Shown one piece after another: positions 23,044 to 32,195 of a DNA stretch of 45,699 nucleotides. The stretch covers positions 9,228 to 54,926 of the forward strand of contig CAZHDF010000002.1 in the NCBI GenBank assembly GCA_964531525.1, written 5' to 3'. Position 1 is the stretch's first letter. The number at the start of each line of letters is the position of its first letter. A model generated the notes under the pieces. That model saw nothing but the letters and a program-made list of their open reading frames with translations. It made no database searches and had not been told where the DNA came from. The position numbers were made by a program, and so were the translations under genes. Source of the stretch: an uncultured Alphaproteobacteria bacterium. Its GTDB lineage: Bacteria > Pseudomonadota > Alphaproteobacteria > JAAXGF01.

Positions 23044-24292
23044 AGCGCAGGGCCTCGACCGGATCGAGGCGCGCCGCGCGCCACGACGGATAGATGGTGG
23101 CGAGGAACGAGAGAACGAGCGAGAGCAGAACCACCGTCGTCACCTCGGCGCCGTCGATGCGCGCGGGAAGCTGGGAGAGAAAATAGATCTCCTCGGCGAA
23201 CAGCTCGCTGCCCGTGAGGCCCTCGATCCAGCGGCGGATGGTCTCGATGTTGGCGGCGAAGGCGACGCCGAGGGCGAGCCCGAACAGCGTCCCCGCCACG
23301 CCGATGCTCGCGCCGGTGAGGAAGAAGATGCGCATCACCATGCCGCGCGTCGCGCCCATGGTGCGCAGAATCGCGATGTCGCGCCCCTTGTCCTTCACCA
23401 GCATGATGAGGCTGGAGACGATGTTGAACGCCGCCACCAGGACGATCAGCGTGAGGATGATGAACATCACGTTGCGTTCGACCTGAATGGCGCCGAAGAA
23501 CTGGGCGTTGGCCTGCTCCCAGTCGTAGATGCGCCCGCGCGTGCCGACGACCTTGATCACGTCGCGGCGCGCCTCGTCGAGGGCGCCCGGCGCGAACGGA
23601 TCGGTGATGTCGAGCTCGATTCCCGTGACCGCCTTGCCGAGACGGAAGTACCGCTGGGCGTCGGCGAGCGGCATGTAGATGAAGCCGTTGTCGTATTCGT
23701 ACATGCCGACGTCGAAGGTGCCGGCGAGCGGATAGGCCAGGCTGCGCGGCATGGTGCCGAACACGGTCGCGGTGCCCTGGGGCGAAATCAACGTCACGGG
23801 ATCGCCGGGCGAAAGGCCGAGACGCTCGGCGAGCCGCGCGCCCATGATGACCGCGCCGCCGGCGGCGAAGCGGTCGAGCGCGCCCGGGGTCAGGGTTTCG
23901 GCCACCAGCCGCCGGGCGGCGAGGTCGTCGGCGCGCAGCCCCCGCACCAGCGCCCCCGAGGTCTGTCCCTGGCGCGAGGCGGCGAGCACCTGGCCCTCGA
24001 CGATCGGGCTCGCGCGCCGAACGCCGTCGAGCGCCTTCAGGCGCGCCGCGAGCGCGTCGTAGTCGTCGAGCCTGCCGCCGAAGCCGTAGACCGTGATCTG
24101 CCCGTTGACGCCCAGAATCCGGTTGAGCAGGTCATAGCGAAAGCCGTTCATGACCGACAGCACGATGATCAGCGCGGCGACGCCCAGCGTGATGCCGAGG
24201 AACGAGAACCCGGCGATGACCGAGACGAAGCCCTCGGCCCGGCGCGCCCGCAGATAGCGCGCCGCGACCATTCGTTCGAAGGGCGAGAACAT
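23036..24292 (-). CDS. lipoprotein-releasing ABC transporter permease, LolC/LolE family (single copy)
   Basis: ORF 23036..25417 trimmed to ATG 24290-24292 ([18 protein letters not shown]...), 5 nt after the proS stop. 418 aa with MacB/FtsX-type topology (TM1, large periplasmic loop, three C-terminal TMs). The upstream part of the ORF is an out-of-frame read of proS. Confidence 0.88.
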
Positions 24293-24297
24293 CGGCC

Positions 24298-25611
24298 TCA
24301 GGCCGTGAGGCGAGCGAGCGCCGCCTCCGCCGAAAGCTCGTCGCGTTCGCCCGTCGCCCGGCGCTTGAGCTCGACGACGCCCTTGGCGAGCCCCCGGGGG
24401 CCCACGGTGAGCTGCCAGGGAAGCCCGATCAGATCGGCGGTCGCGAACTTGACGCCCGCGCGCTCGGCGGTGTCGTCGTAGAGCACCTCGACCCCCGACG
24501 CGCGGAGCTTGGCGTACAGATCCTCGCAGGCCGCGTCGGTCGCCGCGTCGCCGGGCTTGAGATTGATCAGCGCGACCGCGAAGGGCGCCACCGCGTCGGG
24601 CCAGATGATGCCGGCGTCGTCGTGGCTCGCCTCGATGATCGCGCCGACCAGCCGCGAGACGCCGATGCCGTAGGAGCCCTGCTCGACCGGCACGGTTTCG
24701 CCCTCGGCCGTGGTCACGACGGCGTTCATGGGCTTCGAGTACTTGGTGCCGAAGTAGAAGATATGCCCGACCTCGATCCCCCGCGCGGTGACCAGGTCGT
24801 CGGGCGCGACCGGGCAGGCGTCCGGGTCGTGCTTGTCGTCGGTCACGGCGTAGTGCTGGGTCCATTGCGCGACGATCGGCTCGAGATCGGCGTCGTAGTC
24901 GATGCCCGCCGACAGAACGTCGTATTCGATCAGCGCCCGATGGCAGTAGACCGCGCTCTCCCCGGTGTCGGCGAGGATCACGAACTCGTGGCTGAGATCG
25001 CCGCCGATGGGGCCGGTATCGGCCTGCATGGGGATCGCCCGCAACCCCATGCGCGCGAAGATGCGCAGGTAGGCGACGAACATGCGGTTGTAGGATCGCT
25101 TGGCGCCGGCGAAATCGACGTCGAAGGAATACGCGTCCTTCATCAGGAACTCGCGCCCGCGCATGACGCCGAAGCGCGGCCGCACCTCGTCGCGGAACTT
25201 CCATTGGATGTGATAGAGGTTCCGGGGCAGCTCGCGGTAGCTCTTGACCGAGGCGCGGAAGATGTCGGTGATCTGCTCCTCGTTGGTCGGGCCGTAAAGC
25301 AGGTCGCGGTCGTGGCGGTCGCGGATGCGCAGCATCTCCTTGCCGTAATCCTCGTAGCGGCCGCTCTCGCGCCACAGCTCGGCCGGCTGGATGGTCGGCA
25401 TCAGCACTTCCTGACAACCGGCGATATCCAACTCCCGGCGCACGATCTCCTCGATCCGCTTGAGCACGCGAAAACCCAGCGGCAGCCAGGAGTAGATCCC
25501 GGCGCTCGACTGGCGAATCATGCCGGCGCGGAGCATCAAGCGATGCGAGGCGATCTGCGCCTCGGCCGGCGTTTCCTTGAGCGTGGGCAAGAAATAGGCG
25601 GAAAGGCGCAT
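24298..25611 (-). CDS. proS: proline--tRNA ligase (short form, about 437 aa)
   Basis: ORF 24298..25656 trimmed to ATG 25609-25611 ([34 protein letters not shown]). Class II motifs are present ([15 protein letters not shown]). GAGGGA lies upstream. Confidence 0.93.
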   Translation of the reverse strand: MRLSAYFLPTLKETPAEAQIASHRLMLRAGMIRQSSAGIYSWLPLGFRVLKRIEEIVRRELDIAGCQEVLMPTIQPAELWRESGRYEDYGKEMLRIRDRHDRDLLYGPTNEEQITDIFRASVKSYRELPRNLYHIQWKFRDEVRPRFGVMRGREFLMKDAYSFDVDFAGAKRSYNRMFVAYLRIFARMGLRAIPMQADTGPIGGDLSHEFVILADTGESAVYCHRALIEYDVLSAGIDYDADLEPIVAQWTQHYAVTDDKHDPDACPVAPDDLVTARGIEVGHIFYFGTKYSKPMNAVVTTAEGETVPVEQGSYGIGVSRLVGAIIEASHDDAGIIWPDAVAPFAVALINLKPGDAATDAACEDLYAKLRASGVEVLYDDTAERAGVKFATADLIGLPWQLTVGPRGLAKGVVELKRRATGERDELSAEAALARLTA

Positions 25612-25718
25612 CGATCCCTCGGATTTGTCCTGCGGCGGGCGCAGGGACTTTATCAAAGGGGCGACGCGAGGGGGAGTGCGAAAGCGGCCGCCGATTCAGA
25701 TCATTGCAAACGCGGCCA

Positions 25719-26156
25719 TTACTGTTTGGCGCAGGCGGCGGCGATGCGTTCGAGATCGGGCGCCGAAAGCGGCTGACCGTCGAAGCTGACGATTCCGTTC
25801 TCGATCGTCACCACGCCGATCCGCGCGGTCGCGTCGAAGCGATCGATCTCGCCCCCCGCCCCGGTGAATGCGCCGCTGTCGCCGGGAGTGCCGGTGAAGG
25901 CGCGGATCGGTAGATCGATATCGACGACGACGGTCTCGGCGTCGATGTCGAGACGCGGCTGCTCGGCGAGATCGGCGGGCGCGACCGGGTTTCCGTCCGC
26001 GTCCACGCCCGGTCGGTAGGCGACGTCCGGGGCCGGCACATGGGCGGTGATCCTGGCGCAGTCCTCGCGCGAGACGATCGCGGTCGCGGCGCGCGCGGGC
26101 CCCGGGGAAACCAGGGCCAGAAAAACAAGCAACGCGGCTGGAACCGAACGGCGCAT
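25719..26156 (-). CDS. hypothetical secreted protein (signal peptide; no family recognised)
   Basis: 145 aa. N-terminus MRRSVPAALLVFLALVSPGPARA/ATA looks like a Sec signal peptide. Third codon positions are strongly GC-rich in this frame, unlike the Arg-rich overlapping frame 25696..26163. The mature part has two Cys, one near each end. Confidence 0.7.
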   Translation of the reverse strand: MRRSVPAALLVFLALVSPGPARAATAIVSREDCARITAHVPAPDVAYRPGVDADGNPVAPADLAEQPRLDIDAETVVVDIDLPIRAFTGTPGDSGAFTGAGGEIDRFDATARIGVVTIENGIVSFDGQPLSAPDLERIAAACAKQ

Positions 26157-26212
26157 CCCCCATGCTCGCGCGGCGCGCTTAACGAAGCGTTAGGATCTGC
26201 CCGACGCCGGCC

Positions 26213-26258
26213 TTGACGGAAGCTTATATAACTATAATACTAGTTTTATCGTTTAATG
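26213..26258. promoter_or_regulatory. AT-rich promoter/operator patch upstream of the ArsR-family gene
   Basis: TTGACG (26213-18). Perfect TATAAT (26233-38), but with only a 14-nt spacing. ACTAGT palindrome (26239-44) sits at the centre of the imperfect inverted repeat ATAACTATAAT.ACTAGT.TTTAT. GGTGGA SD-like element at 26265-70, before ATG 26275. Confidence 0.4.
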
Positions 26259-26274
26259 GACGCGGTGGAATGCG

Positions 26275-26598
26275 ATGACGCTCGCATTGGAAGAAGCGGC
26301 GCAGGGTTTCGCGGCGGTGGGCTCGGAGCCGCGGCTCGAGGTCCTGCTCGAACTGGTGCGCGCCGGCCATGACGGGTTGACGGTCGGTGAAATCCGGCAA
26401 CGCCTCGACATGCCGGCCTCGACATTGGCCCATCATCTGAGATTTCTCGCCGCCGCCGGCCTGATCGACCAGAAGCGCCGAGGGCGCGCGGTCGTCAATC
26501 ATGCGGCCTACGGGCGGATCGAGGGCCTGGCCGCCTTCCTTCTCCGAGAATGCTGCACCGAGCCCGGGGGAGGCCAAGAAGACAGGAGCGCGAAATGA
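26275..26598 (+). CDS. ArsR/SmtB-family metalloregulatory transcription factor
   Basis: 107 aa. Winged-HTH core: LEVLLELVRAGHDGLTVGEIRQRLDMPASTLAHHLRFLAAAGLI. The only cysteines are a vicinal pair (C93, C94) near the C-terminus. The stop overlaps the permease start as ATGA. Confidence 0.85.
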   Translation: MTLALEEAAQGFAAVGSEPRLEVLLELVRAGHDGLTVGEIRQRLDMPASTLAHHLRFLAAAGLIDQKRRGRAVVNHAAYGRIEGLAAFLLRECCTEPGGGQEDRSAK

Positions 26599-27635
26599 CC
26601 GAATTGGCGTTGACCGGCCTGGGTGCCCTGCGCAAGGGGATCGAACTGACTCGTTCGGTTTGGACGCTGATCGCCGCGATTCCCCTGGCGGTCCTCGTGC
26701 TCGATCCCGGCGAGTTCGTCGCGATTATTCGGATTGCCGCCACCGCGCTGTGGAGCACCCTGCCTTACGTGGTGGTAGCGGTCCTTTTGATCGGCTTTCT
26801 CAAGGCCAGCGGTGCCGAGGTCGTCGTCGCCCGCGCCTTCGAGGGCCGGGAAAGACGCATGATCCTGTTCGCCGCCTTGTTGGGTGGCCTGGCGCCATTC
26901 TGCTCCTGCGAGGTCATCCCGTTCGTCGCCGGACTTCTGGCCGCCGGCGCGCCGCTTTCGGCGGTGATGGCGTTCTGGCTTTCCTCGCCCCTGATCGACC
27001 CGCCGACGCTGTTCATCACGGCGGGCGTTCTCGGCTGGGGGTTCGCGATCGGCAAGGCCGTCGGCGCCGTCGCGCTGGGATTGTTGGGCGGCTTCGCGAC
27101 CAGCGCCTTGATCCATCGCGGCGGTTTCGCCAATCCGCTGCGACCTCGTTCGTCGGGCGGGTGCTGCGCCTGCGCCGCCTCGCCTTTCGAAGACGCCAAG
27201 CCGGTTTGGCGTTTCTGGGAAGAGGGTCCCCGGCGTGAGATTTTCCGGATCGAAGGTTTGCGGAACGCCGTCTTTCTCCTGAAGTGGCTGGGCTTCGCCT
27301 ATCTCCTCGAAGCGCTTCTCGTCACCTATGTTCCGGCGGCCACGATCGGCGGGCTCGTCGGCGGCGAGGGCTTCTGGCCGATCGTTCTCGGCGCGTTCGT
27401 CGGCGCGCCCGCCTATCTCAACGGCTACGCCGCGCCTCCCCTGGTCGCGGGCCTCATGGAGCAGGGCATGAGCGCCGGGGCCGCCATGTCCTTCATGGTC
27501 GCCGGCGCGGTCAGCTCGGTCCCGGCCATGGCGGCCGTGTGGTCGCTCGTCAGACGCTCGGTCTTCGTCGCCTATCTAGGCTTCGGCATCGGCGGCGCGA
27601 TCGTGGTCGGCACGATCTTCGGGGCGCTGGTTTAA
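26595..27635 (+). CDS. DUF318/ArsP_1-type permease (predicted thiophilic metal(loid) or organoarsenical transporter)
   Basis: ORF 26550..27635 trimmed to ATG 26595 (AGGAG lies 6 nt upstream). 346 aa and polytopic. It has a membrane-embedded PFCSCEVIPF motif (C103, C105), which I recall as typical of this permease family, and a loop GGCCACA (C190, C191, C193). Confidence 0.75.
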   Translation: MTELALTGLGALRKGIELTRSVWTLIAAIPLAVLVLDPGEFVAIIRIAATALWSTLPYVVVAVLLIGFLKASGAEVVVARAFEGRERRMILFAALLGGLAPFCSCEVIPFVAGLLAAGAPLSAVMAFWLSSPLIDPPTLFITAGVLGWGFAIGKAVGAVALGLLGGFATSALIHRGGFANPLRPRSSGGCCACAASPFEDAKPVWRFWEEGPRREIFRIEGLRNAVFLLKWLGFAYLLEALLVTYVPAATIGGLVGGEGFWPIVLGAFVGAPAYLNGYAAPPLVAGLMEQGMSAGAAMSFMVAGAVSSVPAMAAVWSLVRRSVFVAYLGFGIGGAIVVGTIFGALV

Positions 27636-28168
27636 GCGCGCAGCCAGGGCGGGTCGAGCGCGAGGATGCGCGCGTGCACGGGGCAGCTTTCGTCGTGCGC
27701 GCCGGGAAGATAGCCGGTGCTCATCAGGAACTCGCCGACGATCTCGCCTCCGGTAAAGCGGAAGGTCTTGCGGAACAGACGCACCCAATCCTCGCGCGGC
27801 ATTGGGTGGTGGGCGTCGAGCCAGGCGGCGAAACCGCCGAACTCTTCGCGGATCGAGACCAGCCGGCGGGCGTTCTCGATCGCCGCGTCGACCTTGAGCC
27901 GGTTGCGGATGATGCTTGCGTCCGAGAGAAGCCGCGCCCGGTCGGCGTCGCCGAAGGCCGCGACCGCGTCGACGTCGAAGTTCGCGTAGGCCGCGCGGAA
28001 GCCCGCGCGCTTCTTGAGAACCGTCAGCCAGGAAAGCCCCGCCTGATTGATTTCGAGGACCAGGCGTTCGAACAATTCGGCGTCTCCGGTGAGCGGGAAG
28101 CCGTATTCCTCGTCGTGATAGGGGCCGTGGAAGGGATGGCCCGGCGCGGCCTCGCAATAGCTCGTCAT
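27632..28168 (-). CDS. tag: DNA-3-methyladenine glycosylase I
   Basis: 178 aa. YHDEEYG, FERLVLEINQAGLSWLTVLKKR and IIRNRLK are Tag (Adenine_glyco) motifs. Cys/His zinc-snap residues lie at both termini (C5, H11/H14/H18 ... H-x3-C-x2-H). Confidence 0.88.
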   Translation of the reverse strand: MTSYCEAAPGHPFHGPYHDEEYGFPLTGDAELFERLVLEINQAGLSWLTVLKKRAGFRAAYANFDVDAVAAFGDADRARLLSDASIIRNRLKVDAAIENARRLVSIREEFGGFAAWLDAHHPMPREDWVRLFRKTFRFTGGEIVGEFLMSTGYLPGAHDESCPVHARILALDPPWLRA

Positions 28169-28175
28169 TGGGCGG

Positions 28176-28418
28176 TCATTGCAGGAAGCCGCGAAAATCC
28201 ACTAGGTCGTATTCGACCGCGACGGCGGCCGCGCCCGTGATCGCCGCCGCGATCAACGCCGCGATCAATGCCTTGAGCGCGATGCGCGGGCGCTCGGGCG
28301 CGCCGGCGTCATGGCCGGCCTCGGCTTCCTCGGGGGCCTTCGCGCCGAACGGCAGCGCCATGAAGAAGATCATCCACCAGACGATGATAAAGACGACGGC
28401 GATGGCGATCGGGCTCAC
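28176..28418 (-). CDS. DUF1467-family small membrane protein
   Basis: 80 aa (SPIAIAVVFIIVWWMIFFMALPFG...) with two TM segments. The conserved alphaproteobacterial neighbour of mce, as I remember it. GTG start overlaps the mce stop as GTGA (28415-28418). Confidence 0.75.
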   Translation of the reverse strand: MSPIAIAVVFIIVWWMIFFMALPFGAKAPEEAEAGHDAGAPERPRIALKALIAALIAAAITGAAAVAVEYDLVDFRGFLQ

Positions 28419-28825
28419 CCCCGGGCCTCCTCGATCTCGATCAGAGTGCCGCAGAAGTCCTTGGGGTGCAGAAACAGGACCGGGTTGCCATGGGCGCCGA
28501 TGCGGGGTTCGCCGTCGCCCAGCACGCGCGCGCCCTGGGCCGCCAGCCGGTCGCGCGCGGCGATGATGTTCTCGACCTCGAAGCAGATGTGATGAATCCC
28601 GCCCTCGGGCTTGCGCGAGAGAAAACCCGCGATCGGCGACTCTTCGCCGAGCGGCGCGAGGAGCTCGATCTTGCTGTTGGGAAGCTCGACGAAAACCGTG
28701 GTCACGCCGTGCTCGGGCATGGCCACGGGGTCCGAGACCTCGGCCCCGAGAACGTCGCGGTAAAGCGCTGCGGCGGCATCGAGGTCGGGCACCGCGATGG
28801 CCACGTGGTTGAGTCGTCCGATCAT
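28415..28825 (-). CDS. mce: methylmalonyl-CoA epimerase (VOC superfamily)
   Basis: 136 aa. RLNHVAIAVPDLD, IELLAPLGE.SPIAGFL and GGIHHICFEV are epimerase-type VOC motifs. Confidence 0.85.
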   Translation of the reverse strand: MIGRLNHVAIAVPDLDAAAALYRDVLGAEVSDPVAMPEHGVTTVFVELPNSKIELLAPLGEESPIAGFLSRKPEGGIHHICFEVENIIAARDRLAAQGARVLGDGEPRIGAHGNPVLFLHPKDFCGTLIEIEEARG

Positions 28826-28876
28826 TGTTTTTTTCCTCGCCTCGTCGGCCCCATCATAAGGGCCCGGCGGTGCGCA

Positions 28877-30603
28877 TCAAGCGGCGCCGAGGCGCAGGAT
28901 CTGGACCTCGACCACGGGACGCTTGCCGGTATGCGCGCGCAACGCGCGGCGCGCGGCGGCGACCACCGCCTCGCGCAGCGCCGCGTCGTCGTCGCGGACC
29001 CGGGGCGGCAGGGCCTTGACCGCGCTCGCGACGCCCGCGCCGGCGACCGCGAGCACCGCCTTCTCGTCGTCCTCGCCGCTCTCGGCGTTCGTTTCGCCGT
29101 CGTCGTTGGCGTGAACCAGCCCCTGGGCCGTCACGCGCGGCGGGGCGGCGAGATTGCCGCCGCCGTCGAGGACCAGCGAGACGAAGGCGATGCCGTTGTA
29201 CATGATGCGCCGGCGCGCGCCGACCACCGGGCTGTCGTCGGCGACGATCGCCTTGCCGTCGGCGATCAGCCGCCCGGCGCGGACATGGTCGATCACCTCG
29301 GCGGTTCCCGGCGCGAGACGCAGGAGATCGCCGTTCTCGACCACCACCGCCTCGGGCACCTGGAGCGAGCGGGCGAAGCGCGCGTGCTCCAAAAGGTGCC
29401 GCGCCTCGCCGTGCACGGGCACCGCGATCCTCGGGCGGACCCAGCCGTACATGCGCTGAAGCTCGTCGCGGCAGGGGTGGCCCGAGACATGGATAAAATG
29501 GTCCTCCTCGGTCACCACCTCGGCGCCGAGCGCGATCAATTGGTTGTGCAGCCGGTTGATGGCGAGCTCATTGCCGGGAATGATCTTGGACGAGAAGATC
29601 ACCACGTCGCCCGCGCCCAGGGTGACGTTGGGATGCTCGCCCGACGCGATCCGCGACAGGGCCGCGCGGGGCTCGCCCTGACAGCCGGTGCAAAGGTAAA
29701 GCACGCGATCGGGCGGCAGCGCGCGGGCGTCGCGCTCGCCGATTACCTCGAAGTCGGCCGGAAGATAGCCGGTCGCCCGCGCGGCGTCGGTGATTCGCCA
29801 CAGCGAGCGGCCGACGAGCACGAGTTCGCGTCCGTGCGCCTTCGCCGCCGCCGCCGCGCTCTCGATCCGCGCGACGTTGGAGGCGAAGCAGGCGACCGCG
29901 ACCTGGCCCGAATAGCGTCCGACGATCTCGATCATGCTGTCGCGCACCGCCGCTTCCGAGCCCGATTCGCCCGCCCGCAGCACGTTGGTCGAATCGCAGA
30001 CCATGGCGAGCACGCCCTCGTCGCCGAATCGGCGCAGCGCCGCCTCGTCGGTGGCCTCGCCCACCAGCGGGTCGGGATCGAGCTTCCAGTCGCCGGTATG
30101 CAGCACCAGCCCCGCCGGGGTGCGGATGGCGAGCGCGTTGGGCTCGGGAATCGAATGGGTGAGCGAGACGAACTCGATCGCGAAGGGGCCGATCTCGATG
30201 TTGCCGCCGAGGGGAACCTCGATGATCTCCATTTCGCGCGCGCGCGGGGGGGCGTCGTCGCGATCGAGCTTGCGGCGCAGGACGGCGGCGGCGAAGGGGG
30301 TCGCGTAGACCGGGCAGCCGAGCCGCGCCCAGAGATAGGGCACCGCGCCCAGATGATCCTCGTGAGCATGGGTCAGCACGATGCCGAGAAGATCGTCGCG
30401 GCGCTCGGCGATGAAGGCGGGATCGGGCAGGATCACGTCGACTCCGGGAAACCGTTCGTCGGCGAAGGTGATGCCGAGATCGACCATCAGCCACTTGCCG
30501 CCGTAGCCGTAGAGATTGAGGTTCATGCCGATTTCGCCGGCCCCGCCGAGCGGCAGAAAGAGAAGCTCGCCCTTCCTTTCCCCCCGACGCGTGTTCTTGG
30601 TTG

Positions 30604-30607
<4 letters not shown>
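28877..30607 (-). CDS. rnj: ribonuclease J (metallo-beta-lactamase/beta-CASP family)
   Basis: 576 aa. HAHEDHLGA (the HxHxDH motif), beta-CASP region, and SGH near the C-terminal part. ATG start overlaps the coaX stop as ATGA. Confidence 0.88.
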
Positions 30608-31388
<781 letters not shown>

Positions 31389-31392
<4 letters not shown>

Positions 31393-32195
31393 GCCTTGGT
31401 CTCCCGTTCCGTCCCCTGCTCCCCGGGGGCATTCCGCGCGTTCTCGAAATACACGTCGCCCGCAGTGATCAGGCGGCGCGCGCCGGCCGCGTCCTCGAGG
31501 ACCAGGGCGCCGGTCTCGTCGATCTCGACGAAGCGCCCGACAACGGTTTCCTCGCCGAGGGCGACGGAGATCGGTTCGCCGATCCCCTTGGCGTCGCGCA
31601 ACCAGGCCGCGCGCACCGGGGCGAAGCCGTCGTCGAGCCAGCGGTTGATCCAGGCGAGAAGATGGCGCGAGAACCGCTCGAGCATGAGCGCGGGCGCGAT
31701 CGCGCCGCAGCCCTCGTCGCGCAGCGAGGTCGCGGGGAAATCGGTCTCGGTGGGCGCCGCGGCGAGGTTCATCCCCATCCCCAGCACCAGCCAGTCGAGG
31801 CGACTGCCCCCGGTGATCGAGGATTCGAGTAGGATACCCGCCACCTTGCGATCGTTGACCAGAATGTCATTGGGCCACTTATACGCGATCTCGGTCAACG
31901 GCGGAGCGACCGCGCCGATCGCGGCCGCCGCGCCCAGCGCCGCGACGAAGGAAAGCTGCGCCGCCTCGGCGGGGGCGCGGTCGGGTCTGAGCACGAGAGA
32001 AAGATAAAGGTTACCGGGCGGCGAATGCCAGCTTCGCCCGCGCCGTCCTCTGCCCGCCCGTTGGCTTTGCGCCCAGACGAGGGTCCCGTCCTCGGCCCCG
32101 TCCTCGGCGAGCGCGCGGGCCTCGTCGTTGGTGCTGCCGACTTCGTCGAGCGCGACGAGGCGATAGGCGGGCGGCAGGCGCGGCGCGTCGCTCAC
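31389..32195 (-). CDS. birA: biotin--[acetyl-CoA-carboxylase] ligase (group I, no HTH domain)
   Basis: ORF 31389..32957 trimmed to GTG 32193-32195 ([26 protein letters not shown]...). Contains GRGRRGRSW and KWPNDI motifs. The start overlaps the nuoN stop as GTGA. The upstream part of the ORF is an out-of-frame read of nuoN. Confidence 0.88.

Noticed and set aside
24293-25417. Apparent 375-aa N-terminal extension of the LolC/E permease ORF
   Set aside because: Out-of-frame read through proS. The canonical [14 protein letters not shown] start lies 5 nt after the proS stop.
25696-26163. 155-aa alternative-frame ORF overlapping the secreted-protein gene
   Set aside because: Arg-rich off-frame translation. 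The 25719..26156 frame has the signal peptide and the GC3 pattern.
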